57,367 nucleotides of DNA from an archaeon (GTDB lineage Archaea; Asgardarchaeota; Thorarchaeia; Thorarchaeales; Thorarchaeaceae), in the NCBI GenBank assembly GCA_024276825.1, contig JAJRWI010000048.1, positions 1-57,367 of the forward strand, given 5' to 3'. Of the stretch, positions 45,835 to 56,448 are shown in pieces; positions within the stretch are counted from its first letter, which is position 1; each line of letters opens with the position of its first letter. The notes beneath the pieces were generated by a model that saw only the letters and a program-made list of their open reading frames with translations, had not been told where the DNA came from and made no database searches. The position numbers were made by a program, and so were the translations under genes.

Positions 45835-46989
45835 ATGGCTGATACTAAAGACCTTGTCCTTGAAGTTCATGGCTTAAAGACCAACTTCTACACATACGAG
45901 GGCGTGGTAAAAGCTCTTGATGGTGTTGAACTGTTCCTCCGCCGCGGCGATACAATGGGACTCGTTGGTGAAACCGGCTGTGGCAAGTCCGTCACCGCCC
46001 GCTCCATCCTGCGCCTTGTTGAACCACCCGGACGTGTGGAAGAGGGCGAGATACTCTTCCGTGAGATCGATCCCAAAACCGGTGAGGTCAACGCAGTGGA
46101 CATCCTCCAGCTCGATGAGGACGAAATGCTTCATATTCGTGGTGGAAAAATTGCCATTGTCTTTCAGGATCCGTCAACATTTCCTAATCCCGTGTTCAGA
46201 ATTGGTGACCAGATTGCTGAAGTGATCTTGCTTCATCAAGACATGAAACATGATGTTCTTGAGATGAAGATAAACAAGCTTGAGCGGATTCTCAACATGA
46301 ATCCACCTCCGGTGAATGTGAGTGAGATAGTTGCCCACCTTGAACAATTACGCTCAATGCGTGGTAATCCCCCAGAGCCAGATGAAAAGGCAAAGAAGAA
46401 GGCTGCCAAGTGGCGCGCCATTGAGATGCTAAAGCTTGTTAGGATGCCCTCACCGGAATCTGTTGTCAATCAATACCCGCATGAGCTGTCAGGCGGAATG
46501 CGACAGCGAGCTCTAATTGCTATGGCACTTGCCTGTAATCCTAGCATCCTAATCTGCGATGAAGCGACAACAGCTCTTGATGTCACTGTACAGGCTCAAG
46601 TACTTAACCTGCTCAACCAGCTCAAGAAGGAGATTGGAACCTCCATTATAATCATCACTCACGATATGGGTGTTGTAGCGGAAACTTGCAACTGGGTCGC
46701 GGTGATGTATGCCGGAACGACAGTGGAAACCTGTGCAACTGATGAGCTGTTTGCGAACCCGCTCCATCCATACACAGAGGGGCTGTTGCATGCAGTGCCA
46801 AAATTGCACGAGGAGCGTGAGCGATTGCCGCAGATCCCCGGCAGTGTTCCAAACCTAATACACCCACCGTCGGGATGCAGGTTTCATCCACGGTGCGATT
46901 TTGCCACGGAGATCTGTAAGACCGAGAAGCCAAAGCTTGAGGAGGTACAACCTGACCACTGGGTGGCATGCCATCACCCTCGGATATAG
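45835..46989 (+). CDS. dppD: Peptide ABC transporter ATPase (DppD/OppD-like)
   Basis: GETGCGKS, YPHELSGGMRQR, DEATTALD, HPYT, C-terminal CRFHPRC...C...VAC. Confidence 0.93.
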   Translation: MADTKDLVLEVHGLKTNFYTYEGVVKALDGVELFLRRGDTMGLVGETGCGKSVTARSILRLVEPPGRVEEGEILFREIDPKTGEVNAVDILQLDEDEMLHIRGGKIAIVFQDPSTFPNPVFRIGDQIAEVILLHQDMKHDVLEMKINKLERILNMNPPPVNVSEIVAHLEQLRSMRGNPPEPDEKAKKKAAKWRAIEMLKLVRMPSPESVVNQYPHELSGGMRQRALIAMALACNPSILICDEATTALDVTVQAQVLNLLNQLKKEIGTSIIIITHDMGVVAETCNWVAVMYAGTTVETCATDELFANPLHPYTEGLLHAVPKLHEERERLPQIPGSVPNLIHPPSGCRFHPRCDFATEICKTEKPKLEEVQPDHWVACHHPRI

Positions 46990-46995
46990 GAGGAA

Positions 46996-48030
46996 ATGAA
47001 AATGACAGAATCTGAATATCTTGTTGAAACTCGCGGACTAAAGAAATACTTTCCACTTACTGGTGGCGTGTTCAGGAAAGTGATTGGAAAGGTGCATGCT
47101 GTCGATGGTGTGGACCTTCATATCCGTCGTGGCGAGACCTTGGGAGTCGTTGGAGAATCTGGTTGTGGTAAGACCACGCTAGGTCGAACGATTCTTAGAC
47201 TGCTTGAGCCCACCGAGGGTGAGATCTGGTTTGATGGCAAGAACATTACCGATGTCAAAGGAAAAGATCTTAGACATATCCGCCGTCAGATGCAGATAGT
47301 CTTCCAAGATCCGATGGCAAGTTTAAACCCGAGGATTACGATCAAGAACTCTGTGGGTGAGCCACTAGTAGTCAATGGGATAGCAAGAGGCCCAAAGATG
47401 AGAAAGATGGTGCTAGAGCTGCTTGAGAAGGTTGGGCTCACAGAAGACCATCTGAACAGGTTCCCGCACGAGTTCAGTGGCGGGCAGCGCCAACGTATTT
47501 GTATCGCACGTGCTCTTGCGCTCAACCCCGAATTTGTAGTTATGGATGAGCCAACCTCAAGCACTGATGTGTCGGTGCAGGCTCAGACATTGAACTTGAT
47601 GAAGGACTTGCAAGATGAGCTGAATCTCACTTACATGTTCATATCTCATGATCTTAGTGTTGTAAAACACATGAGCGACAGGATTGCAGTCATGTATCTT
47701 GGGAAGATTGTGGAACTGACACCACACGACATCTTCAGGTATGCACAGCATCCTTACACATTTGCTCTTGTATCAGCTGTACCTATCCCAGATCCTCGAT
47801 TTGCGGGTAAGGCACAGATTCTCTCAGGGGAGGTCCCAAGCCCGATAAATCCTCCACCGGGATGTCGGTTTAATCCGCGATGCATCTTCGCACAGGAGGT
47901 CTGTAAGACCCAGGAGCCAGAGCTTAGGGATGTTGGTGATGGTCATCTTGTTGCATGCCATTTTGCGGGTACTCTGGACTTTGGAAAGAGTGCGCAACAG
48001 GAGTATGCAGAGGCAACAGGGTCCATGTGA
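46996..48030 (+). CDS. dppF: Peptide ABC transporter ATPase (DppF/OppF-like)
   Basis: [37 protein letters not shown]. Confidence 0.93.
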   Translation: MKMTESEYLVETRGLKKYFPLTGGVFRKVIGKVHAVDGVDLHIRRGETLGVVGESGCGKTTLGRTILRLLEPTEGEIWFDGKNITDVKGKDLRHIRRQMQIVFQDPMASLNPRITIKNSVGEPLVVNGIARGPKMRKMVLELLEKVGLTEDHLNRFPHEFSGGQRQRICIARALALNPEFVVMDEPTSSTDVSVQAQTLNLMKDLQDELNLTYMFISHDLSVVKHMSDRIAVMYLGKIVELTPHDIFRYAQHPYTFALVSAVPIPDPRFAGKAQILSGEVPSPINPPPGCRFNPRCIFAQEVCKTQEPELRDVGDGHLVACHFAGTLDFGKSAQQEYAEATGSM

Positions 48031-48070
48031 TTCTGTTCACCTCTCCTCCTTCCTCAAGACTGTGATATAG

Positions 48071-48286
48071 ATGGATGAGCCTGACGATTCACCAGAAAGG
48101 GAAGATGAAGAGGAGATCTGGAATGAGATACTCTATCAGGAGGAGCAACGGGAGCAACAGGTGACCCTTGACTGGAGGGATTATGTGGCGCTCTTTATAG
48201 CAGCCTTGCAAACGATTTTTCTTCCCTTGATCATTCTATTAATCGTACTGGTTGCTGCGGGATTTATCCTCAGTATACTATTCTAG
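48071..48286 (+). CDS. Small protein with acidic N-terminus and C-terminal TM region
   Basis: Acidic first half, then LDWRDYVALFIAALQT hydrophobic region. Confidence 0.7.
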   Translation: MDEPDDSPEREDEEEIWNEILYQEEQREQQVTLDWRDYVALFIAALQTIFLPLIILLIVLVAAGFILSILF

Positions 48287-48298
48287 GAGTTAGAAAGG

Positions 48299-48637
48299 TT
48301 GAAGGTGTCAAGAGAGTTCATTATCGAGTGCCTGACGGTTGCCAGCTGGGCTGTAATCATGAATTTCTTGATTTCCATTCTTCTGCTCTTCCTTATAGGT
48401 GCCTATAACATCTTTTTCTGGGTTTCATCAATAATGTTTCTAGAATTTGGAATGCTATTGGTCGTTGGCAGTTGCTTCCTGTCCAGACAACCTCTCGAAG
48501 ACTCGAAGCGGTTTAATGAATCGGGCGAGACCACAATCAGTTGGCGAATAGCACTTGTAGGTCAGAAGATATTTGGGGCATCGCTATTCATCCTGCTGCT
48601 CTCTCTGGTAGTCTTTCTATTTGGCTATTTATTTTGA
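48299..48637 (+). CDS. Hypothetical membrane protein (3 TM)
   Basis: 112-aa hydrophobic ORF co-oriented with the dpp operon. Confidence 0.7.
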   Translation: MKVSREFIIECLTVASWAVIMNFLISILLLFLIGAYNIFFWVSSIMFLEFGMLLVVGSCFLSRQPLEDSKRFNESGETTISWRIALVGQKIFGASLFILLLSLVVFLFGYLF

Positions 48638-49455
48638 GTGATGATCTTGTGCAGTGCTGTGAGCCAGACATGATAAACGAGTTGATCTCGGGTGTTCTTC
48701 TCGTGTTTGCGGCCAAGATAAATTCTGGTTGTCCCTCGGAGTTTAGAGGCCCTTCTATTTCCCACCTGAAGAATCACATTCTTTCCGTCTGTTTCAATCA
48801 GAATACCGTGTGTGTAGAACACTTTGGGGCTCTCTGAGAACGAATAGTCCAGTTCTTTTAAAGGGTCTGGGTAGAGTTCGACTCTTGCGCTTCTAAGGCC
48901 AATCTTGACTTCAATATTCTCCTGCTTGTAAAATGGCACAGGGTCCTTTGTACCTGGAAACTCAGGGGCTATTGCTCTCATTGGAGAAATTGAGAGCTTG
49001 GTCAATCTCCCCTCAACAATACCATTAAAGTCTCCTCCCATTCCCCTTATGATCAACAAATTCCGGTCCAGATCTAAGGTTATTCTGCTCTCCAAAAGCT
49101 CGTCACGAACCACACCAAATGGGTTATCTCTTGATACCGCCTTTTGTTTCCAGTAAAACCATGGAATAGTGACCATTGGCAACATTCTATCGGGGGCAAT
49201 CTCTTTCTTTTCCATCAGCTTCCAAGTGGCATTGTTGATCACAAAAAGTGACATTGCAACATCAGGAGAAGTTGGATGATGCTCTTCTATCAAGCTGGCA
49301 AGAGCCTTGCTATCACTACAGATCGAGTCAATAAAATCAGAGAGTTGCGAATGCCAGAGCTTGGTCCTCCCAGCACTATCAAGGTCTCGCGCTTGCTCTT
49401 CACTAATGATGATGGATGATTCAAATCTCTCCTCGAGTTCTTTGAATGCCTGCAT
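48625..49455 (-). CDS. Hypothetical protein
   Basis: Long ORF; ATG 49455 (MQAFKE) is the likely start; no motif recognised. Confidence 0.7.
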   Translation of the reverse strand: MQAFKELEERFESSIIISEEQARDLDSAGRTKLWHSQLSDFIDSICSDSKALASLIEEHHPTSPDVAMSLFVINNATWKLMEKKEIAPDRMLPMVTIPWFYWKQKAVSRDNPFGVVRDELLESRITLDLDRNLLIIRGMGGDFNGIVEGRLTKLSISPMRAIAPEFPGTKDPVPFYKQENIEVKIGLRSARVELYPDPLKELDYSFSESPKVFYTHGILIETDGKNVILQVGNRRASKLRGTTRIYLGRKHEKNTRDQLVYHVWLTALHKIITQNK

Positions 49456-49772
49456 TCTGAAAGAGCATCTTGTCTGCATAATATTAATGATGAAATGAGT
49501 TGTGAATAGCCTTTTCGATTTGGTCATCTACTAATGCTGTCTGGTCAGATGAGTACGATTCTGACCATTCATTTTTAGTTGGACAACTGTTCATTGTAAA
49601 TTGGACAATCTTAGAGCCCTGCCTGTCCAGAAAATGGCACTGGGCACATCTCAAGAGCGAGTTTTGCAATATTGATTTCAGATCTTTAATTAGTTCTTTG
49701 TTTAATAGTATTCAACTTGATTCTGTTTTCATACAACTCATGCAACTTAGAATATAACATGGCTTGCAAAAT

Positions 49773-50987
49773 CTATAGCCTGCCTTCTTGCAATTCACCA
49801 TGTTTCTTGTAGGACCCATCAGAAATTTGATGATTTGTCTGATAAAGAAGTCCGCCAATAAGAATTAGGGCGATCACATTGAATAAGTAATTGATCCATG
49901 ATAATGGCTGAACCCTATGGAAAATGAATTCTGCTGCAATCCCTCCAACAATTGGGCCAATAGCAGCACCAGCATTCTGAGCACCACTGATAAGTGACAT
50001 GGCACGACCGCGTTCTTCTTCATTGGATAATAGTGCAGCCATTGTTGAAGATGCCGTGGCGGCTAAAGGGTAGATGGGCAATGCCCACATCAGCGACGCA
50101 ATAATCGGGTCCTTAACAAGTGCAAATGCAACAGCAAATATTGCGTAGGATGCATAGGCTGTGATTAACACCTTGATTGGCCCGCGTCTGTCAATAATAA
50201 CTCCAATGAACCCAGTAATTATCACAGCAAGAAGTGTTGCACCTGAATTTGCCAGCCCGACATAGATGGGGAGCCCGTTGAGTTCGTCAATGATCATGAT
50301 TGCCATAAGAAATGCTATTGCATTGATTCCCAACTGACTGCTAGCAACCGCACCAGTTAGTTTCAGCATTCCGGGTCGACGGATCAGTTCGCCAAATGTT
50401 GTGGCTTCTGACTCTTCATCTATGTCAAAGGGAATTTCCTTGACAAAAAGTATACAGAAAATGGCGGCTGTTAGACATAGAATGGCCGCAATCCGATAAA
50501 GAACAAACATTGTAAGACTTTGATAGAACCAGCCACTGAATAGAGCCCCAAAAAACCATCCTGCAGACTGAAACACTAGCAGGAATCCCAAGCGAGCGCC
50601 CTTTTTTGTGGTTTGCGTGGTCAGGTGCGATTGCGCCATTGGCAATGCTGCTGAGAAGAAGATTGATCCTATAATAGCTATTGTCAGATATTGAAGACTA
50701 TTTTGAACGAATGAATAAGACATGAATGTGCCAGAATACCCGAGAAACCCGATTATCATGAACGGTTTACGTTTCTGCATTCTGTCTGATAGTGAACCCC
50801 ATAGATTAACTATCACCATTGTGATAAGATTAGGAGCGGCCCATACTATTGTAAGGGTGATGAAGTCCTCTACACCCAGATCATTGCGCACAAAATACGT
50901 CACAAATTGCCAGCTGATAGCGAGACCCATTGCTTGAAATGCATATGAAATGTAGACCATCATCGAGTTTCTGTCGAAAGTGCTCAT
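49773..50987 (-). CDS. MFS transporter
   Basis: WGSLSDRMQKRK, GVIIDRRG, EERGRAMS...GAAIGPIVGG; 12 TM. Confidence 0.9.
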   Translation of the reverse strand: MSTFDRNSMMVYISYAFQAMGLAISWQFVTYFVRNDLGVEDFITLTIVWAAPNLITMVIVNLWGSLSDRMQKRKPFMIIGFLGYSGTFMSYSFVQNSLQYLTIAIIGSIFFSAALPMAQSHLTTQTTKKGARLGFLLVFQSAGWFFGALFSGWFYQSLTMFVLYRIAAILCLTAAIFCILFVKEIPFDIDEESEATTFGELIRRPGMLKLTGAVASSQLGINAIAFLMAIMIIDELNGLPIYVGLANSGATLLAVIITGFIGVIIDRRGPIKVLITAYASYAIFAVAFALVKDPIIASLMWALPIYPLAATASSTMAALLSNEEERGRAMSLISGAQNAGAAIGPIVGGIAAEFIFHRVQPLSWINYLFNVIALILIGGLLYQTNHQISDGSYKKHGELQEGRL

Positions 50988-51320
50988 TCTCTGAGTGCTC
51001 CAGTTGATTTATGGTTAAATTCAGGTAGTTGGTTTCTTTCTTCATTATTATTTGATTGGTATAAGTAAGGATTAGACTCGTAGATGTTGTGATCATGAAA
51101 CAATACAAATCATATTTTTGGATTATAGCAATCATAGGGGGAATGATCTAGCAATGGCATTCCAATTAGCAAAGTTATGAATTTATAAAGTGTATGTTAT
51201 TATCGAAATAAATAAATATTGATAATATTCCATTATTCCATACTTCTAAAGAAGCAGATTATACAGGTCGGAATCAGTTATTGGACAATTGATAGTTTGA
51301 AACCATAAAGAGGTAAGAAG

Positions 51321-52133
51321 ATGTATGAGTATCTGCTCATCACAATAGTCGTATTGATTATTGCAACTGCAATGACATCAGTCGGAAAGGGAGGAGGTAA
51401 TTTTTATCTTCTTGTGCTGGTCATAGCAGGAATTCCAATTTATGAGGCATCAACTACTGGACAATTCATGCTACTTACTGCATCATATACAGGCATAATC
51501 GTTTTTGGCAAAAGCAAAGCTGTCAATTGGCAATTAGCAATTCCAGTGGGGGTCCTTGTTGCAATAGCAGCTTTTACTGGTGGTTTCCTATCAATCTTAT
51601 TCGATGAGATACTGCTGAAGATGATCTTTGCAATTCTTCTCACCTTGACTGGAGTATTAATGGTCATTCCATTTTCGCCACGTGAGTATAACCCGACTGA
51701 GAAACACAGAGGACACATGATTATACAATCTAATAACAAAGATGTGGTCATCAACATGAGAATAGTAGTGCCTGTCACCCTACTAACAGGCTTCTTTAGT
51801 GGAATGATAGGTGTATCCGGGGGCTCCTTCCTCGTTCCAATGCTGGTTCTTGCCTGTAATTTGCCAATGAAAACCAGTGTCACAACTGTGACTCCATTGA
51901 TCGCTGTTTCAGCCACAATGGGATTTTTGGGTCATGCTTCTCAAGGGCATTTTAATCCATACTTGGCAATCCCACTTGCATTAGTGGCGCTCATTGGTGG
52001 ATTTCTAGGGGGAAAATTCGCACTGAAATCAAAGCCAAAGAATCTCAAGAAACTCTTTGCGGTTTCAAATTGGGCTGCTGCGCTGATAATGACAATCAAT
52101 CTGTTATTGACAGTGGGAATAATCGCTATCTAA
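51321..52133 (+). CDS. TSUP (TauE/SafE) family sulfur-compound exporter
   Basis: VGKGGG, GFFSGMIGVSGGSFLVP, GGFLGG...LKKLF. Confidence 0.9.
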   Translation: MYEYLLITIVVLIIATAMTSVGKGGGNFYLLVLVIAGIPIYEASTTGQFMLLTASYTGIIVFGKSKAVNWQLAIPVGVLVAIAAFTGGFLSILFDEILLKMIFAILLTLTGVLMVIPFSPREYNPTEKHRGHMIIQSNNKDVVINMRIVVPVTLLTGFFSGMIGVSGGSFLVPMLVLACNLPMKTSVTTVTPLIAVSATMGFLGHASQGHFNPYLAIPLALVALIGGFLGGKFALKSKPKNLKKLFAVSNWAAALIMTINLLLTVGIIAI

Positions 52134-52154
52134 AAATCAAAAGAAGGTGTAAAA

Positions 52155-52574
52155 ATGAAAGACTATGAGAGAGATATAACCGAGTTATTGAATACATGCA
52201 CATTCGATTTCTTTGGTCAGTCAAAACACAAATTGACTCCCGAGAAATTACTCAAGACACCAGATGCATTAATCTTGGATGTGCGATCCAACGAGGAATT
52301 CAAGTCCATAGTGGTGTCCTATGGGGCATTCTCAAATATTGATCATATACATATCCCGATTTCGGAGATCACAGAGAGGATTGATGAAGTGCCAAAAGAC
52401 AAGAATATTGCAGTATTCTGTCCATCGAATTTTAGATCAACTCTTGTCTATGCATATCTTAAGATGAAAGGTTATGAGTCAGTTCGTATATTGTCAGGAG
52501 GATATCTTGGATTGGCAGAGCTTACTATGCCGGGCAAATTGTATAAACACCTCAAAGAAGTCAACAGTCAATGA
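52155..52574 (+). CDS. Rhodanese-like domain protein
   Basis: ILDVRSNEE, HIP, VPKDK.IAVFC...RS, L.GG. Confidence 0.9.
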   Translation: MKDYERDITELLNTCTFDFFGQSKHKLTPEKLLKTPDALILDVRSNEEFKSIVVSYGAFSNIDHIHIPISEITERIDEVPKDKNIAVFCPSNFRSTLVYAYLKMKGYESVRILSGGYLGLAELTMPGKLYKHLKEVNSQ

Positions 52575-52828
52575 TTGCATAAAGTAGCACTATCGAAAAA
52601 GAAGATAGGAAGCAAGTCCCTCTCACATTGTCATCTTAGAGATTAACAGACACAATATATACAAACCATTTGTAGACCGAAGGGGTTGCGTGTGGATGCG
52701 TAGAGCTTGGACAAAATTGGACACCAATCAAAAGATTGTCCAAATGGTATGGGGACTTGAATAGTGTCGTGAGAAACAATGGTCTGAAATTTGTCCAGTG
52801 CGGTTCCTGGAAGGGCATGTTGTCCAAT

Positions 52829-52918
52829 TTACGATGAACGGTTAGCGGCTACTGGTTGCATAGATGAAAACCCTACAATTAGAAAAAGAAATAGTAGCAC
52901 GGCAAAGATACTTTTCAA
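52829..52918 (-). pseudogene. Signal-peptide-only gene remnant ending inside the right inverted repeat
   Basis: GGAGG RBS then TTG: MKSIFAVLLFLFLIVGFSSMQPVAA followed by NRSS* encoded by the repeat. Confidence 0.45.
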
Positions 52919-53217
52919 AACATATCATCCTCCGTTGATCAATGGTTAATCAGTTTCCAAATTGAAAAGTAGAAACTGTGAGTTATCAATTTTAAAGCCC
53001 AAAAGGCTTCCGAGTGTGTCGAGTTTTCATTTTTCAATTCCCAAGCCACTTCGGCGGGTTCTCTTTAATTCGAAATTAGTCATTATATTTATTGAAACCC
53101 AGAACTCATTGTAATCATCCTATATCTGAATAATTCATTTGTTGAATATATCTTGAGTCAATCGGACCGAATTGATGACAAGTAGGACAAGACAGTATGC
53201 AATATTGCACATTTGGA

Positions 53218-54423
53218 TTAGAATCGCGGATAGCTCATGAAATTATCGAGTGGGAAGATATGCTCCAATCTACTTGCTGTTTGAAAGGAACATTCAATCT
53301 CTCCAAGACTTCTTAGCAGAGTCGCACCAATTCGTCCACCTATCATCTTTGATAATGCTAAAGGAGTAATGCTGACATCAGGCTCCTTGCCTGAAACCTC
53401 AACATCGAGAGTCTTGTCTGAAGGAGTCAGCTTGTATGTCCCCTCGTTCCATGGGCAGCATTGATCCACAAGTCTAGCAATCACTGATTCAGACGCCTCT
53501 TTTGGCACTCTAATTGACCTACAAAATTTCTCAAAGTCAACAACTCTCATCATCATCGAGCCATCAAGGAGAGTCTTGGGAGCCCATGCGTCCCGCATAT
53601 AGTTTTGAACAGGCTGTTGAATATCGCACCACCAACGAACATGATGCACATTGACTGCATAGTTTCGCACGAGCTCCATTATTGCAGGAAAGACATCATC
53701 AGAGATGTATGAGGATGTGCTGACCTTTAGTAAATGATCTTCCATGTCCTCTGAAGAACCGAGTCTTTTGAAATCGAACTTCACCATACCTACAGGGCCA
53801 GATTCTTTCTCAAGAATGTGAAAATGATTTGTCTTTATCATGGACTCCAAAGTTCGTGTCCGATGAAATAATCGTGATCCAAGTCTCGCCATCGATCTTT
53901 CAATCTCAGTCAGTTTGCTTGCTTCATTTGTATCTTTGAGCTCACGAGAAGTGATTTCGTCAGTAGCAGAAAATGGTTTAATGTCGTGATATCTGAACTC
54001 ATGGCATACGCGAGTTTCAGCAAGAGCATAACCAAATTGCTCATAGAACTCGATTAGAAAGGGATCGAGAATTGATAGTATTGCACCTTTCTCTCTCATA
54101 GCTGGAAATGCCCTTTCAGATATCTTCTTGACAAGTCCCCTCTTTCGATGTTCTGGAAGTGTGGTGACTCCCCAGACACCAGCTATTGGAATTGAACTCC
54201 CCCTAATCATAGAATTGTTGGATATGAAGAAAGCAAGGTTTCCAACAGGCTTCTCATTGTATTTTGCAATGTAAGCGTATTCATTAAATTCTTCATCGGC
54301 CCAATGCTTAACCCAGTCCTCCTTCTTCAAGGTTTCAAAATCAGTGAGAACTTGAAAGGCTTTCCATAATACTCGCAATACCTCGTCTTTGTCAGCCTGT
54401 GTGCCCTTGCATATCTCATACAT
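53218..54423 (-). CDS. Eis-like GNAT acetyltransferase (GNAT-GNAT-SCP2-like)
   Basis: GVWGVTTLPEHRKRGL, SILDPF..FYEQFGY, MMRVVD, CPWNEGTY. Confidence 0.9.
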   Translation of the reverse strand: MYEICKGTQADKDEVLRVLWKAFQVLTDFETLKKEDWVKHWADEEFNEYAYIAKYNEKPVGNLAFFISNNSMIRGSSIPIAGVWGVTTLPEHRKRGLVKKISERAFPAMREKGAILSILDPFLIEFYEQFGYALAETRVCHEFRYHDIKPFSATDEITSRELKDTNEASKLTEIERSMARLGSRLFHRTRTLESMIKTNHFHILEKESGPVGMVKFDFKRLGSSEDMEDHLLKVSTSSYISDDVFPAIMELVRNYAVNVHHVRWWCDIQQPVQNYMRDAWAPKTLLDGSMMMRVVDFEKFCRSIRVPKEASESVIARLVDQCCPWNEGTYKLTPSDKTLDVEVSGKEPDVSITPLALSKMIGGRIGATLLRSLGEIECSFQTASRLEHIFPLDNFMSYPRF

Positions 54424-54580
54424 GATACAACATACATCTGCTTGATAATAAATCAATTATGGAGTAAAATATCTGAGGTCGCTGGCAAACAAATCTCGCT
54501 TTTTTATTAGATAAATATAGATTCATATATGTATATCGGGTATATGGAATACTTTATATTTATATAGAATATAGAGTTTA

Positions 54581-55624
54581 ATGATTAACATGGACGACTA
54601 TGCGATTGACTGTCAGGGTCTGGTGAAGGTGTATCGTTCAAGAAAATGGCAACGATTTATCCCACCTAAATATAAGTTCAAGGAAGTTATAGCTCTTGAT
54701 AACCTCTCATTCAATATCAAGAGAGGAGAGGTTTTTGGGCTTCTGGGACCTAATGGAGCAGGAAAGACTACCACAATCCAATCAATCGCTGGATTGCTCA
54801 TTCCAGACAAGGGCTCAATATCAGTCATGGGCGTAGATCCGATAACTGATCCCGAACGGGTGAAGCAGATAGTTGGAGTTGTCGCAGGTGGCAATCCTCG
54901 CCAATTGTACAATAAGCTCACTGCAAGAGAAAACCTCAGATACTGGGGAAATCTATATGGGCTCTCAGGTCCCGAATTGGAGAGCAGGATTGGTCATCTT
55001 CTTGACCTCATGGATATTGCAGACAGGGCAGATGATCTCATTGAGAACTTCAGTTCGGGGATGATTCAGCGTGTCATAATAGCACGAGGACTCGTTCATG
55101 ATCCGGAGGTTCTTCTCCTTGATGAACCAACAGTGGGTCTTGACCCCAAAGCCAGTCGAGAGATGAGGTCACTGATCAAGAACCAACTTGTAGCGGAGAG
55201 CGAAAAGACAATTCTCTTGACAACTCATGAGATGCATGTCGCAGAAGAACTGTCTGATAGAATCGCAATCATCAACCGTGGCAAGGTCATAGCAACTGGT
55301 CGGCCTGACGAACTCAGAAGACGTGCCAATGGCGGAGTAATGTTAGAGGTGGCCATTAGCAATCTGGACTCGGAATTGATGGCAAGGCTAGCCCATAATG
55401 GAATCAGAGTAGTAAATACGAGAGTGGACAGCGAGAACCCATCAATCTCGTATCTGAAGCTGCAGGCCAAAGATGAAGATGATGCAATCCAGAAACTGAT
55501 TCAAGCTATAATATCACAGTCAAGTGCAAGACTACTGAGCATGAGAGTAAGAGAACCATCATTGGAAGATGCGTTCGTATTTCTCACAGACCAAGATGAC
55601 AGGGAGGTAGCAGTGAATGCATGA
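54581..55624 (+). CDS. ABC-2 type exporter ATP-binding protein
   Basis: GPNGAGKTT, FSSGMIQR, LLLDEPTVGLD, TTHEM, PSLEDAF. Confidence 0.93.
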   Translation: MINMDDYAIDCQGLVKVYRSRKWQRFIPPKYKFKEVIALDNLSFNIKRGEVFGLLGPNGAGKTTTIQSIAGLLIPDKGSISVMGVDPITDPERVKQIVGVVAGGNPRQLYNKLTARENLRYWGNLYGLSGPELESRIGHLLDLMDIADRADDLIENFSSGMIQRVIIARGLVHDPEVLLLDEPTVGLDPKASREMRSLIKNQLVAESEKTILLTTHEMHVAEELSDRIAIINRGKVIATGRPDELRRRANGGVMLEVAISNLDSELMARLAHNGIRVVNTRVDSENPSISYLKLQAKDEDDAIQKLIQAIISQSSARLLSMRVREPSLEDAFVFLTDQDDREVAVNA

Positions 55625-56429
55625 AGCTTGTAAGTGGTATCTTGTAATGAAGGCAACCTTAGTTAAGGAACTGAAGATTCAAAGGCGATATCTTGGATGG
55701 ATGATAGCCAGTCTGGTTCAACCGATAATTTGGATGGTCCTTTTCTCACTAATCGGTACAGGGTTTGGCATTGGAAACACATCAGCAGGATTCGATTTCA
55801 CAAGTTTCCTTATACTCGGTGTGTTGCTATTAATGATCCTGTCTCAGTCTTTATGGGGAGCAGGTCTCGCATTGAGAAACGAGCAGTATCGGGGAACTCT
55901 CGAGTCGACTTTAACAGCTCCGACTAGAATGACAGCCATGTTGGTAGGCTATGCTCTAGTTGATATTGTGCTCGCGAGTTACCTGATTGTGGTGGGCTTT
56001 GCTCTGGGAACCACGCTCTTTGGTCTTGAACTAGTCATCAGTGATCCTGTTGCGCTTGCAATAGCCTTCGCTGTGACCATGTTTGGTGTGTCTGGATTCG
56101 CATTCATGTTCGCCGCAATCACTCTACTGATCAAACAGTCAAATGCACTGATTAACATACTTCAGCCAATTCTGTTTATGCTGACTGGTATATTCTTCCC
56201 ATTGTCTGCGTTGCCCCCTAATGTTCAGCAGTTCTCACTCCTGTTGCCATTGACCACTGGATTTCTTGCAATTCGGGAGATAACACTTGTAGGAGCCACC
56301 ATGAGTGCAGTTATCCCTCTCTTGGTGTCCACAATTATCTCGGGCTCAATTCTAGCCATAATCGGGATTCTATCACTAAGAGCAACAATGAAATGGAGCC
56401 GACGCAGAGGAATACTTGGTGCATTCTAA
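55617..56429 (+). CDS. ABC-2 type exporter permease
   Basis: EQYRGTLE..L.AP, LTGIFFP...LP, LLPLT; 6 TM. Confidence 0.9.
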   Translation: MHEACKWYLVMKATLVKELKIQRRYLGWMIASLVQPIIWMVLFSLIGTGFGIGNTSAGFDFTSFLILGVLLLMILSQSLWGAGLALRNEQYRGTLESTLTAPTRMTAMLVGYALVDIVLASYLIVVGFALGTTLFGLELVISDPVALAIAFAVTMFGVSGFAFMFAAITLLIKQSNALINILQPILFMLTGIFFPLSALPPNVQQFSLLLPLTTGFLAIREITLVGATMSAVIPLLVSTIISGSILAIIGILSLRATMKWSRRRGILGAF

Positions 56430-56448
56430 CAATCTGGGTGAAGGTCTC

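Larger units (their letters stand above)
49585..52843. mobile_element. Putative non-autonomous cassette bounded by 24-bp imperfect inverted repeats
   Basis: AACTGTTCATTGTAAATTGGACAA (49585-49608) versus reverse complement of 52820-52843 AACCGTTCATCGTAAATTGGACAA (22/24); TTGGACA/TGTCCA clusters at both ends; no transposase or TSD seen. Confidence 0.5.

Noticed and set aside
52636-52827. 63-aa ORF
   Set aside because: Lies within the repeat-rich element end and has no recognisable protein features
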